Shown: positions 52,049-61,759 of the stretch, one piece after another
Position numbering within the stretch: the first letter of the stretch is position 1
Layout: every line of letters begins with the position of its first letter
Origin: Dehalococcoidia bacterium
GTDB lineage: Bacteria; Chloroflexota; Dehalococcoidia; UBA2979
Assembly (NCBI GenBank): GCA_964291495.2
Contig: OZ219871.1
Coordinates: 1,592,922-1,656,921 of the forward strand
Length of the DNA: 64,000 nt
Direction of reading: 5' to 3'
The notes under the pieces: model-generated
Database searches by the model: none
The model's input: the letters and a program-made list of their open reading frames with translations, nothing else
What the model was told of the DNA's origin: nothing
Translations under genes and position numbers: made by a program

Positions 52049-52870
52049 TCAACTGTAACCCCCATCACACTCGCGCACGGCGACGACGCGCAGCCGCCGG
52101 TAGTCGACGACCCAGCGCCCGTTCTCGTCGCCGTCCTCGCGCCAGAGCCGGGGGCGCACCGCCGCCTCCACGCGCGCGATCACAGCAGCGGAGAGGTCAG
52201 GCGGCAGCTCCGCGAGCCAGGGATGGCCGAACATGCGCAGCCAGCCCGCCATCCCGGCCGCGCCGTCCTCGAGCGTGGTCGGGCGGTCGAACAGCGTCAT
52301 CACCCGGGGCTCGAAGCCGTGTTGCTCCAGCAGTGCGGCGTACTCGGCGAGGCCGGGGAAGTACCACGGACTCGGCTGCTGCTCGCGCGGCACGCCCTCG
52401 GCCTCGAGGGCGTCGCGCAGCGCGCCTTCGACGATCGCGACGTTGCCGCGCCCGCCCAGCTCGGCGACGAGCCGCCCGCCGGGGCGGAGCAGCGCGCGCA
52501 GGCCGCGCAGCACCGCCTCGGGGCGCGTCATCCAGTGCAGCGCGGCGTTGGAGAAGACGGCGTCGAAGGGCCCCGCCAGCGAGCACTCCTCGAGCGCCTC
52601 GCCGTGTCCCTGCACGAACTCGAGCCCCGGGTGATCCGAGGCGGGGAACTGCGCCCGCGCTGCCTCGATCATCGCGGCGTCGCTGTCGAGGCCGGTGACC
52701 GAGGCGCCGCGTTCGGCGATCGAGGCCGCGAGCAGCCCGGTCCCGCAGCCGAGGTCGAGGATGCGCTCCCCCGGTTGCGGATCGAGCAGCGCGACGAGAT
52801 CCCCGGCGTGATCGGAGACGAAGCGGAAGCTCTCGTCGTAGGCGCGCGCGTCCCAGCCCGCGCTGCTCAT
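52049..52870 (-). CDS. Class I SAM-dependent methyltransferase (Tam-like)
   Basis: ILDLGCGTG, FDAVFSNAALHW, LRPGGR, DY.RLR. Confidence 0.9.
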   Translation of the reverse strand: MSSAGWDARAYDESFRFVSDHAGDLVALLDPQPGERILDLGCGTGLLAASIAERGASVTGLDSDAAMIEAARAQFPASDHPGLEFVQGHGEALEECSLAGPFDAVFSNAALHWMTRPEAVLRGLRALLRPGGRLVAELGGRGNVAIVEGALRDALEAEGVPREQQPSPWYFPGLAEYAALLEQHGFEPRVMTLFDRPTTLEDGAAGMAGWLRMFGHPWLAELPPDLSAAVIARVEAAVRPRLWREDGDENGRWVVDYRRLRVVAVRECDGGYS

Positions 52871-52892
52871 CGCCGGGCCGCGAGGGCGTCCG

Positions 52893-53948
52893 CTAGACGG
52901 CCGCCCCGACGCGCTTCGCCGAGCCGGTCAGCTCCGCCATCAGGTGGATCGCCTCGAGCGAGGTGTTCAGACCCATGTTGATCATCGTGATGCGGGAGTC
53001 CTCCCAGTCGCGGTAGCGCTCGCGGATGCGGTCGGGCGGACCGACGAGGGCGAGCTCGTCGCAGAGCTCATCGGGCACGGCCTCCTCGGCCTCGCGCTTG
53101 CGGCCGGAGAGGAAGAGCTCCTGGATGCGCTCGGCGGCCTCGGCGTAGCCGAGGCGGCGGACCTGGTCGTTGTGGAAGTTCATGTTCCGCGCGCCCATCC
53201 CGCCGACATAGAGCGCGAGGTTCTCCTTCATCATGTCCAACCCGGCCTGCACATCGTCGGTGACGATCACCTGCGTGGAGGCGGCGATCTCGAAGTCGTC
53301 CTTGCTCTTGCCGGCGCGACGCAGGCCCTCGTCGATGTACTTCTCGTAGACGCCCATGCGCCTCGGAGGACAGCGCGAGGTGACCCAGCCGTCGCCGAAC
53401 TCGGCAGCGTTGCGCACGTTAATCGGGCCCATCGCGCCGACGTAGATGGGCAGGCGGCGGGGGTGCAGCACGGACTTGAGCGGCTTGCCGAGGCCGGTCG
53501 CGTCCGGACCGTCGTAGGGCAGCCGGTACTCCTCGCCGTCGAAGGAGAGCGGCTGCTCGCGGTCCCAGACGATGCGCATGATCTGCATGTACTCGGCCAC
53601 CCGCTTCGCGGGCTTGCCGAAGGGCTGCCCGTGCCAGCCCTCGATCACCTGCGGGCCGGAGAGCCCGATGCCCACGCCCTTCACGCGCCCGCCGGAGAGC
53701 ATGTCGATGGTGGTCATTGTGTTCGCCGCCAGCGCCGGCGAGCGTCCGTGCAGCTGCAGGATGTTCGTCCCGAGGCCGATGCGCTCCGTGTTCGCGGCGA
53801 TCCAGGTCAGCGGCACGACCGCGTCGTGCCCCCAGATCTCCGCGCACCAGACCATGTCGAAGCCCAGTTCCTCGGCAAGTCTGATCCGCTCCCAGGGGAT
53901 GTCGATCGACGTCGACCCGAGGTGTCCCAGTCCCAGTCCCAGCTTCAT
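52893..53948 (-). CDS. LLM-class (probably F420-dependent) oxidoreductase
   Basis: AE.WG.DA, GIGLSGPQVIEGWHG, GLGKPLKS, ALYVGGMGA. Confidence 0.88.
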   Translation of the reverse strand: MKLGLGLGHLGSTSIDIPWERIRLAEELGFDMVWCAEIWGHDAVVPLTWIAANTERIGLGTNILQLHGRSPALAANTMTTIDMLSGGRVKGVGIGLSGPQVIEGWHGQPFGKPAKRVAEYMQIMRIVWDREQPLSFDGEEYRLPYDGPDATGLGKPLKSVLHPRRLPIYVGAMGPINVRNAAEFGDGWVTSRCPPRRMGVYEKYIDEGLRRAGKSKDDFEIAASTQVIVTDDVQAGLDMMKENLALYVGGMGARNMNFHNDQVRRLGYAEAAERIQELFLSGRKREAEEAVPDELCDELALVGPPDRIRERYRDWEDSRITMINMGLNTSLEAIHLMAELTGSAKRVGAAV

Positions 53949-53985
53949 GCCTGCTCCCTTTCGTGCTCAGTCGCGGTCCGCGCCG

Positions 53986-55173
53986 TCAGGCGACCACGCC
54001 GGACGCGCACAACTCCTCGATCTGCTCGTTCGCGAGGCCAAGGTCGGCCTCCAGCACCTCGCTCGTGTGCTGGCCGTACGCCGGGGCCAGCTCGATCGGC
54101 ACCTTCGAGGCCGACATGCGCACCGGCTGGCGCATCAGCTCGATCGTCCCGTACTCGGGGTGCTCGTGGTGCTCGAAGAGGCCGCGCTCGCAGAGGTGCG
54201 GGTCGGTCCGCAGGTCGCGGGTGGAGAGCACGGCGGTGCAGGGCACCCCGGCGCTCGCGAGGACGTGCATCGCCTCGTACTTCGTGCGCTGCCGCGTCCA
54301 CTGCTCGACCTCGGCGTAGAGCTCGTCCCGGTGCTCGCCGCGGCTGGCCGCCGTCGCGAAGCGCGGGTCCGTCGCCAGGTCGGGCCGCTCGAGGGCCACG
54401 CAGAACGTGTCCCACATCCGCGAGGTAACGACGCAGATGTGGACGTAGTCGTTCTTGCCTCCCGGCTCGCAGGGGTAGACGTTCGTCGGCGCGCCCAGGC
54501 CGTTCCCGAGGCGCCGCGCCTCCTTGTCCGTGCCCCAGGCATCGCGGCCCATCGTCTTCATGAAGAAGGTGACTGCCTCCTGCATCGAAAGCTCGATCAG
54601 CTGGCCTTCGCCGGTGCGCTGCTGCTGCACGTAGGCGGAGACGATGGCGAGCGCCATCTGCAGGCCCGTGCCGGTGTCGCCGTACGAGGCGCCCGGGCGC
54701 ATCGGCGGCCCGTCCGGCTCGCCGTTGATCGAGTAAGCCCCGCCCGCCGCCAGCGCGACGCTGTCGAAGCACTTGAAGTCGGCGTACGGCCCGCTCAGCC
54801 CGAAGCCCTTGATGCGCGCGTAGATGATCGAGGGGTTCCGCTCGCGCAGCACCTCGTAGCCGATGTTCAGCTTCTCGATCACGCCCGGCCCGTAGTTCTC
54901 GACGAAGACGTCGAAGCGCGGCGCGAGGTCGAGCAGCAGCTCGCGCCCGCGGTCGCTGGCGAGGTCGATCACGATGCTGCGCTTGTTGCTGTTGTAGTTG
55001 AGGAAGTACTGGGGCGGGCGGCCCTCGGTGGTCAGTCCGCGGCCGGGGTCGCCGACGCCGGGCGGCTCCACCTTGACCACGTCGGCGCCCTGCCAGGCGA
55101 GGGCCTGGGTGCAGGACGTACCGGCCTCGTACTGCGTCATATCGAGGACGCGCATGCCATCGAGCGCGGGCAT
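53986..55173 (-). CDS. Family III CoA-transferase, formyl-CoA transferase-like
   Basis: LDMTQYEAG.SCTQ.LAW.GADVVKVE, N.NKRS, ENYGPG, IKGFG, GDTGTG. Confidence 0.9.
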   Translation of the reverse strand: MPALDGMRVLDMTQYEAGTSCTQALAWQGADVVKVEPPGVGDPGRGLTTEGRPPQYFLNYNSNKRSIVIDLASDRGRELLLDLAPRFDVFVENYGPGVIEKLNIGYEVLRERNPSIIYARIKGFGLSGPYADFKCFDSVALAAGGAYSINGEPDGPPMRPGASYGDTGTGLQMALAIVSAYVQQQRTGEGQLIELSMQEAVTFFMKTMGRDAWGTDKEARRLGNGLGAPTNVYPCEPGGKNDYVHICVVTSRMWDTFCVALERPDLATDPRFATAASRGEHRDELYAEVEQWTRQRTKYEAMHVLASAGVPCTAVLSTRDLRTDPHLCERGLFEHHEHPEYGTIELMRQPVRMSASKVPIELAPAYGQHTSEVLEADLGLANEQIEELCASGVVA

Positions 55174-55313
55174 CGTGGCGCCTCCTTCCGTGCGGCGGCG
55201 AGCCGGGGAGCGGCGTCGCCGCGTCGTCGTCGGCATCCTACCGTGCGCGGGCGGGGGGTGCAGCGGGGGGCTGCGACCCGCGGGCGCGGAGATCGAGTAG
55301 TGCTGCGCCGAAC

Positions 55314-55511
55314 CTACCGAGGAGGCTCGTCAGGATCGTCGTAGACCCATGTCCCCTTCGGCAGGCCGCGCTCGTCGTAGAGCAGTTCGGCGTGGTCGAT
55401 GGGTGGCCCGCCCTTGCGGACCAGTGCAGCGCAGCGCTTGGAGATGGCTCGTATCGCCTGGAGCCGGGCTTCAATGTCAGCGTGGCGCTCGTTGTCGTCA
55501 TCGAGGCCCAT
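55314..55511 (-). CDS. Truncated VapB/Rv0623-like antitoxin remnant
   Basis: C-terminal DH.ELLYDERGLPK typical of PSK_trans_fac antitoxins; lacks the N-terminal DNA-binding part; no vapC. Confidence 0.5.
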   Translation of the reverse strand: MGLDDDNERHADIEARLQAIRAISKRCAALVRKGGPPIDHAELLYDERGLPKGTWVYDDPDEPPR

Positions 55512-55641
55512 CGGAGCTCCTCCGAGCGAATCGCAGCAAGACATCCAGCGTACGGGCTTCCGTCGTACGAGCAGCACATCCCCTCGCGCACCGCCGCGGT
55601 GTGGCAGACTGCGCGGCGGGCGCGGGACGAGGGGGCGCAGC

Positions 55642-56600
55642 GTGCAGTTCGGCATCCACATCATCATCAACCACCTCACGCTCTCGCCCGCCGAGGTCGC
55701 CCGCGCGGTCGAGGAGCGCGGCTTTGACTCGCTCTTCCTCGGGAGCACACGCACATCCCCGTGCAGCGCGAGACCGCCTACATCGGCCTCGGAGACCGCA
55801 CCCCGCCGCAGCCGGGCGAGGGCGCCGACGAGCTGCGCAAGCGCCGCCCGGACCTGCGCGCCAACTTCTGGTACCTCTACGACCCCTTCATCGCTCTCGC
55901 CGCCGCCGCGACGGTGACCGAGCAGATCAAGCTCGGCACCGCAATCTGCCTCATTCCCGAGCGCGACCCGATCACGCTCGCGCAGGAGATCGCGACGCTC
56001 GACCAGATCTCGGGCGGCCGCGTGGTCATCGGCATCGGCAGCGGCTGGAACCGCGAGGAGATGGCCAACCACGGCGTCGCCTGGAACGACCGCCACAAGG
56101 TCACTCGCGAGCGCGTCGAGGCGATGAAGGTGCTGTGGAGCGAGGAGGAGGCCGAGTACCACGGCGAGACGGTCGACTTCGACCCCGTCTGGTGCTACCC
56201 GAAGCCCGTCCAGGACGGCGGCCCGCCGATCCTGATGGGCCAGAACAGCCCGAGGACGTTCGAGCGCATCGTGCGCTACTGCGACGGCTGGATCCCCTAC
56301 CGCATCCCGGTCGGCGACCCGGACATCCTCCCCGCCATCGCCCGGCTGCGAAGCCAGTGGGCCGAGGCCGGGCGCGACCCGGACGCGCTGCACGTCAGCA
56401 TGAACGGCCCCGCCATCCCGCCCGCGGGCGACGACCCTGCCGAGGCCGATCCCGCCGTCCTCGACGCGGCGGCCGCGGAGGTCGAGCGCCTGCGCGAGGG
56501 CGGCGTCGACCGGCTGCTCTTCAACCTCGGCAGCCCCAAGCGCGACCTCGGCTACCCGACACTCGACCGCTACGCCAGCTTCCTCAAGCGCATCAGCTAG
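55642..56600 (+). CDS. LLM-class F420-dependent oxidoreductase, split by a one-base deletion at 55741-55743
   Basis: MQFGIH..A.AVEERGFDSLFLG in one frame, EHTHIPV..DPF.ALAAAA..GWNREE..HG..PKP.Q in the next; one extra G restores 319 aa. Confidence 0.85.
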
Positions 56601-56620
56601 ACCGGGAGAGGACCACCGAG

Positions 56621-57424
56621 ATGCCGACCGCCCGTATCGACGACACGCTGGAGATGCATTACGAGCTCGACGACTTCACGCCGCCCTGGGAGGACGACGC
56701 GGAGGCGATCCTGCTCCACCACGGCGCGGGCAAGAGCGGCAAGCTCTGGTACTTCTGGGTGCCAGGCCTCGCGACCGACTACCGCGTGATCCGGCCGGAC
56801 GCGCGCGGCTTCGGTCACTCCTCGCCGATTCCCGAGGGCTATCGCTACAGCCTCAGCGGTCTCGCCAACGACCTGCGGCTGCTGCTCGACTCGCTCGGCA
56901 TCGAGAAGACACATCTCGTCGGCGAGACGGTCGGCGGGCCGATCTGCCTGCAGTTCGCCTACGAGTACCCGGACCGCACGCACAGCCTCACGCTCTGCGG
57001 CGCGCCCTATCGCCTCGACAGGTTGCCGGAGCACTTCCTGCACTCCGCCGAGATCATCCATGAGCAGGGAGTCGAGGCGTGGGCGACCGGCAACGGGGAC
57101 CGCCGCTTCGGCGACAAGGCCGATCCCGAGATGGTGCGCTGGTACCACCACGAGATGGGGAAGACCTCGGCGCGCACGCTGATCGCGCTGTTCGACTACG
57201 TGCCGACGGTCGACCTGACGGACATCCTGCCGCACATCCGCGTGCCGACGCTGGTCTTCGCGGGCCTCGAGAGCGGCATCACGCCGCCGGACGATTCGCG
57301 CTTCATCGCGGCGACGATTCCGAACGCGCAGCTCGTGGAGATCGAGGGCGCGCCGACGCAGTTGCACATCACGCATCAGGATGTCGCGCTGCCGAAGTTC
57401 CGGGAGTTCCTCGCGAGCCTCTGA
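56621..57424 (+). CDS. Alpha/beta fold hydrolase
   Basis: LLHHG, D.RGFG.S, LVGETVGG elbow, I.VPTLV..G; GAGAGG RBS. Confidence 0.85.
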   Translation: MPTARIDDTLEMHYELDDFTPPWEDDAEAILLHHGAGKSGKLWYFWVPGLATDYRVIRPDARGFGHSSPIPEGYRYSLSGLANDLRLLLDSLGIEKTHLVGETVGGPICLQFAYEYPDRTHSLTLCGAPYRLDRLPEHFLHSAEIIHEQGVEAWATGNGDRRFGDKADPEMVRWYHHEMGKTSARTLIALFDYVPTVDLTDILPHIRVPTLVFAGLESGITPPDDSRFIAATIPNAQLVEIEGAPTQLHITHQDVALPKFREFLASL

Positions 57425-57509
57425 GCGCGGCTCCGCGGACGGCGCCTGCCGCGTATCGCTACGAGAGACCCTTGCGAGACCCTCTCCTCAGGCAGCGAGC
57501 GTATCCCTT

Positions 57510-57687
57510 CCGGTCCCCTCTCCCCGAGGGAGAGCCAGTGCCTTGTGGGGGGATTCCCCCCACACCCCCCGCGGGTGAGGGAGGGTCCGCCCTCCGGAAT
57601 TGCGTTGCATCGTCGGGGTTCTCGGAGGCGCGCGGGAGTCCTCCCCCTCACCCCCGCCCTCTCCCCAGGGAGAGGGAGCCGGATCGG
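57510..57687. repeat. Composite repeat R9, copy of 34731-34872 with a nested insert
   Basis: Same flanking modules and linker as R4, with 38 bp extra at 57535-57572. Confidence 0.88.
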
Positions 57688-57712
57688 GCGTGTGGGAGTT
57701 TCGCAAGGGTCT

Positions 57713-59017
57713 CTACGCGGGCGCGGCGTCCCGTGCGCGGGCCTCGACGGGAAGTGAGGGCTTGACGGCGAGCCAGAAGAAGAGCGCACCCACCACGGCG
57801 GCGCCGGCCAGCACCATGAAGGCTCCGCGGTAGCTGCCGGTCACGTCGTAGACCACGCCGGCGAAGACCGGCCCGAAGATCATCCCGAACATGATCACGA
57901 GCGACGAGAAGCCCATGATCCTTCCGAACGCCTTGCCTCCGAAGTAGTCGGCGCGCAGCGCCTGCATCGCCGGCACGCGCGCGCCCCAGCCGACGCCGGC
58001 GAGGATCCCGAAGACGATCAACATCCAGTAGGCGTTGGCCAGCGCCAGCACCACAAGGCTGATCGCCTGCGCGAGCAAGGCGCAGACGATCATCAGCCGC
58101 TTGTTGGTCCGGTCGGCGAGGTAGCCGCCACCGAGCTGCCCGACCACCGTCGACACGGTCATCAGCAGGATCACGAACGCGCCCTCGCTCAGCGTGAAGC
58201 CCAGCGAGGCGTTCGAGTAGAACTGGAAGTGCACGAAGATCACGCCGATCACGAGCGCCGCCATCCCGTGCCCGAGGGCGAGGAACCAGAACGCGCGGGT
58301 GCGCAGCGCCTGCTGCGTGGTGAAGTTGACCTCCTCGGGCGGCGCCGCGTACTCCGTCTCGCCGTCGCCCGGGCCGCCGTCCATCTGGTAGCCGTGGTCC
58401 TCGGGGCGGTGGCGCACGGCGGCGGCGAGCGGGACGCCGATCGCGATGACCAGCAGGCCGGAGACGAAGGCGCCGCTGCGCCAGCCGAACTCCTCCAGCG
58501 CCGGCACGACGACGGGCTGCAGCAGGCCGCCCGCGGCGGTGCCCGTCATCAGCAGCGCCAGCGCCCAGGAGCGGCGCCGATAGAACCAGTGCACCACCGC
58601 CACCGTGACACCGAGGTGCGTGCCCAGGCTCGCTCCCACCGCGATCACGAGGTACGCGATGTAGAAGCCTTCGATCGTGTCGATGCGGCTGAGCAGCATG
58701 AAGCCGGCGCCGAAGATCACCATCCCGGCGATCATCACGCGCCGCGGCCCCCAGTTGTCGATCATCCAGCCCTGCGCCGGGCCCAGCAGCCCGCTCTCGA
58801 CGCGCTGCATCGCGAAGGCGCCGGCGAGGGCCGCCCGGCTCCAGCCGAACTCGTCCCCGAGCAGCACGACATAGGTGCCGAAGGCGTGGAAGAGCAGCGC
58901 GCCGTTGATCGTGTGCGTCCCGAAGCCGGCCGCGACGATCCACCAGCCGTAGAAGATCCTCGTGCGCCCCGTTGCGAGGTCCCGTGCCGCCTCGATGCGC
59001 GAGGCCAGCGTCGTCAC
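57713..59017 (-). CDS. MFS transporter (OFA/MCT-like)
   Basis: IFYGWWIV, EFGWSR, G..ID.WGPR, WF.RRR..A, LRT.AFW, DYFG..FG. Confidence 0.9.
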   Translation of the reverse strand: MTTLASRIEAARDLATGRTRIFYGWWIVAAGFGTHTINGALLFHAFGTYVVLLGDEFGWSRAALAGAFAMQRVESGLLGPAQGWMIDNWGPRRVMIAGMVIFGAGFMLLSRIDTIEGFYIAYLVIAVGASLGTHLGVTVAVVHWFYRRRSWALALLMTGTAAGGLLQPVVVPALEEFGWRSGAFVSGLLVIAIGVPLAAAVRHRPEDHGYQMDGGPGDGETEYAAPPEEVNFTTQQALRTRAFWFLALGHGMAALVIGVIFVHFQFYSNASLGFTLSEGAFVILLMTVSTVVGQLGGGYLADRTNKRLMIVCALLAQAISLVVLALANAYWMLIVFGILAGVGWGARVPAMQALRADYFGGKAFGRIMGFSSLVIMFGMIFGPVFAGVVYDVTGSYRGAFMVLAGAAVVGALFFWLAVKPSLPVEARARDAAPA

Positions 59018-59117
59018 CGCGCCCGCCCGGGCCGCGCGACGCCTCGATCCGTCCGAACCACCATGCCCGCAACTCTACAGGGCTGGCCGGTGGGGTCATC
59101 CCTTGGGGCCGGGAGGG

Positions 59118-59472
59118 GTCCGGTCCCCTCTCCGGGCGAGCACACTGCGCGGCTCAGGCCCGCCCACCCGCCCTCAGTGGATGCGGGGCGGCGCCCCGCG
59201 CCCCCCTCGTGGGGCTGCGCCCCCACACCCCCACTCGGAACTTCCGAGGGCGCATAGAACCTCCCGAGGGCGGATCCGGTCCTCTCCCGTCATCCAGCCC
59301 CTTCCCGTCATTCCGGCGAAAGCCGGAATCCAGGCACGCCCACCCACCGCCGAGTCCCGAGAGCGCCGCTGGCGCAAGAGGCCAGGCTGCCGCAGCGTGG
59401 CCCGAAGGCGCACCGAACCTCGCAAGGCCCTGTCCGGTCCCCTCTCCCCGAGGGAGAGGGTTAGGGTGAGGG
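59118..59472. repeat. Mosaic REP-like repeat cluster R10
   Basis: GGGGC.GCGCCCC modules, GTCATTCCGGCGAAAGCCGGAATCCAG at 59307-59333, CCCTCTCCC..GGGAGAGGGTTAGGGTGAGGG. Confidence 0.88.
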
Positions 59473-59597
59473 CGGTCCGGCGCGGAGCGGAGCAGGGAAT
59501 CGCCCGATCGGCCCGGTTGGCTGCCTTGTACAGTCAGGCCGCGACGGGCAGCCCGCCAGGGGACCGGACCGTCGGGGCGGCCAAGGAGGAACTGGCG

Positions 59598-60674
59598 ATG
59601 AGCGATGTCAGGGCGATGGTGCTGACCGGGCCGGACCAGATCGAGCTGCGGCGCTTTCCGCGACCCGAGACCGACGAGGACAGCGCGCTGCTGCGCATCG
59701 AGGCGTCCGGGATCTGCGGCACGGACTACGAGTCGCTGAGCGGCGAGTACTCGCGCGAGTACCCGGTGATCCTCGGCCACGAGCCGCTCGGCGTGATCGA
59801 GGAGATCGGCGATCGCGCCGCCGCGCGCTGGGGCGTCGCGGCCGGCGACCGCGTCGTCGTGCAGCCGAACCACGGCTGCGGCGCCTGCCGCCGCTGCAAC
59901 GACGGCGCGCGCTGCAACCTTGTCGAGGGCGGCTACGGCTCCACGCCCGCGGCCGTCGCGCCCGCGCTCTGGGGCGGGTTCGCCGAGTACATGCACCTCG
60001 CGCGCGGCTCGAAGCTGCACAAGGTGCCGGACGGGTTGCCGCTCCACCTGGCCGCGCTCGCGAACCCGATCGCCGCCGGGTTCGGCTGGGCCGTCCGCGC
60101 CGGCGGGCTGCAGGCCGGCGACCGCATCGCGATCCTTGGCGCAGGCCAGCGAGGGCTCGCCTCCACGGTCGCCGCCAGCCACGCCGGAGCCGACTTCATC
60201 GCCGTCTCCGGCCTCGCGCGCGACGAGCACAAGCTCGCGCTCGCGCGCCAGCTCGGCGCGCACGCGACGATCGACGTCGACGCCGAGGACCCCGTCGACG
60301 CCGTCCTCGATCGCACCGACGGCGAGGGCGTCGACGTGGTCGTGGACCTCACGCCGTACTCGACGCAGCCCGTCGTGCAGGGCATCGAGATGCTGCGCCC
60401 GGGCGGGACGATGGTGCTGGCCGGGCTCAAGGGCACGCACCGCGTCGCCGAGTTCGACTCGGACGCGATCATCCGCCACGAGGCGAACGTGCGCGGCGTG
60501 CGCGGCGTCCCCCGCGAGTCGTTCGTGCGCGCGCTGCGGCTGATCGCCTCGGGGCGCTACCCGATCGAGCGGATGCACACGCACGAATTCCCTCTCGAGG
60601 AGGTCGAGCGCGGGATCCGAACGCTCTCCGGCGAGACCGGCGAGCCGGCGATCTCGATCACGGTGGAGCCGTAG
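59598..60674 (+). CDS. Zinc-dependent medium-chain alcohol dehydrogenase
   Basis: GICGTD, GHE..G, CGAC..C...C, GAGQRG; AAGGAGG RBS. Confidence 0.9.
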   Translation: MSDVRAMVLTGPDQIELRRFPRPETDEDSALLRIEASGICGTDYESLSGEYSREYPVILGHEPLGVIEEIGDRAAARWGVAAGDRVVVQPNHGCGACRRCNDGARCNLVEGGYGSTPAAVAPALWGGFAEYMHLARGSKLHKVPDGLPLHLAALANPIAAGFGWAVRAGGLQAGDRIAILGAGQRGLASTVAASHAGADFIAVSGLARDEHKLALARQLGAHATIDVDAEDPVDAVLDRTDGEGVDVVVDLTPYSTQPVVQGIEMLRPGGTMVLAGLKGTHRVAEFDSDAIIRHEANVRGVRGVPRESFVRALRLIASGRYPIERMHTHEFPLEEVERGIRTLSGETGEPAISITVEP

Positions 60675-61109
60675 GTGGGCGGCGCGACGGACGAGGCCGA
60701 ACGCGCGGCGCTCGAGGCGTATCGCGCCTGGCAGGACGCCTTCAACGCGCGCGACGTCGAGGGCATGCTCGCGCGGATGCACTTCCCCCACGTCCGCCTC
60801 GCCGGCGCGAGCCTGCATGTCTGGGAGAGCGGCGAGGAGTTCGCGGCTGGCCAGGAGCGGATGACGGCGCAGCTTGAGGCGGAGGGTTGGGCGCGGACCG
60901 ACAATCTCTCAGCCGCAGTCGTCCACGCCTCGGAGGACAAGGTGCACCTCTCGCTGCGCAACGCCCGCGTCGACCCGGACGGCAACGCCTACCACGCCTT
61001 CGACGCGCTCTGGATCTTCACGCTGATCGACGGGCGCTGGGGCGTGCAGTTCCGCTCCTCGTACATCGAGGGCGTCGTGCACGCCCTCGGGGCGGCCGCG
61101 ATCGGCTGA
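60675..61109 (+). CDS. NTF2/SnoaL-like hypothetical protein
   Basis: AFNARD..HFPHVR...GW..T...DKVH...LWI.T..DGRWGVQ.RSS. Confidence 0.7.
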   Translation: MGGATDEAERAALEAYRAWQDAFNARDVEGMLARMHFPHVRLAGASLHVWESGEEFAAGQERMTAQLEAEGWARTDNLSAAVVHASEDKVHLSLRNARVDPDGNAYHAFDALWIFTLIDGRWGVQFRSSYIEGVVHALGAAAIG

Positions 61110-61122
61110 GCTCGGGCCGCCG

Positions 61123-61707
61123 TCAGGCGGCGGCGGCGCGCATCCTTCGGCCGCGGTCCCAGGCGACGATCAACACGACGGCGGTCACCGTCATGTAGAA
61201 CTTGCCGACCACCTGCCCGGTCAGGAACTCGAGCGAGCCGAACGCGAGCGAGAGGAAGAGCGCCGAGTCGACGACCAGGCCGACCGTGTTGCTGCCGATG
61301 ATCGCGAGCAGCCGCGAGTGCTGCCGGATGCGCTCGTAGACGAGCGCGTCGGAGAACTCGGAGACGGCGAACGCGGCGGCGGAGGCGATCGCGATCCTCG
61401 CGATCAGATCGCCGTCCTGCCGGACCTCGAGGATGTAGCTGAGGATCGCGCCGATGGCGATGGCGAGAAGCGCGCCTTTGAAGCCGAGGCGCTCCCGCAA
61501 GCCGTCACGGAAGGTGAACGTGAGCCCGACGAAGTAGACGCTGGCCGGCGCGTCCAGCCCGAAGCCGATCGGGACGATGCCGTAGGTCAGCAACGCCCAG
61601 TTCGCGCCGACCACCGTGATCACGAAGGCGATTAGGAAGCCGATGCCGATCGTCTTGTCGCGATCCTCGAGGGTGGACGTGACGACGCGTCTCAGTTCGG
61701 CTGCCAT
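61123..61707 (-). CDS. VUT family (YhhQ-like, queuosine precursor/vitamin uptake) transporter
   Basis: V.ANW, G.TF..RD, RIA.AS..AF.VSE..D..VY, SN..G..VDS..FL.LAFG, GQ..GK. Confidence 0.82.
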   Translation of the reverse strand: MAAELRRVVTSTLEDRDKTIGIGFLIAFVITVVGANWALLTYGIVPIGFGLDAPASVYFVGLTFTFRDGLRERLGFKGALLAIAIGAILSYILEVRQDGDLIARIAIASAAAFAVSEFSDALVYERIRQHSRLLAIIGSNTVGLVVDSALFLSLAFGSLEFLTGQVVGKFYMTVTAVVLIVAWDRGRRMRAAAA

Positions 61708-61759
61708 CGGACTACGCTCGCCTCGTCTGTTCCCTCGTGCGTTTGGAGTACGACCGAGG

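Noticed and set aside
61708-61759. preQ1 riboswitch upstream of the VUT transporter
   Set aside because: Only about 50 nt and no recognisable preQ1 stem or A-rich tail
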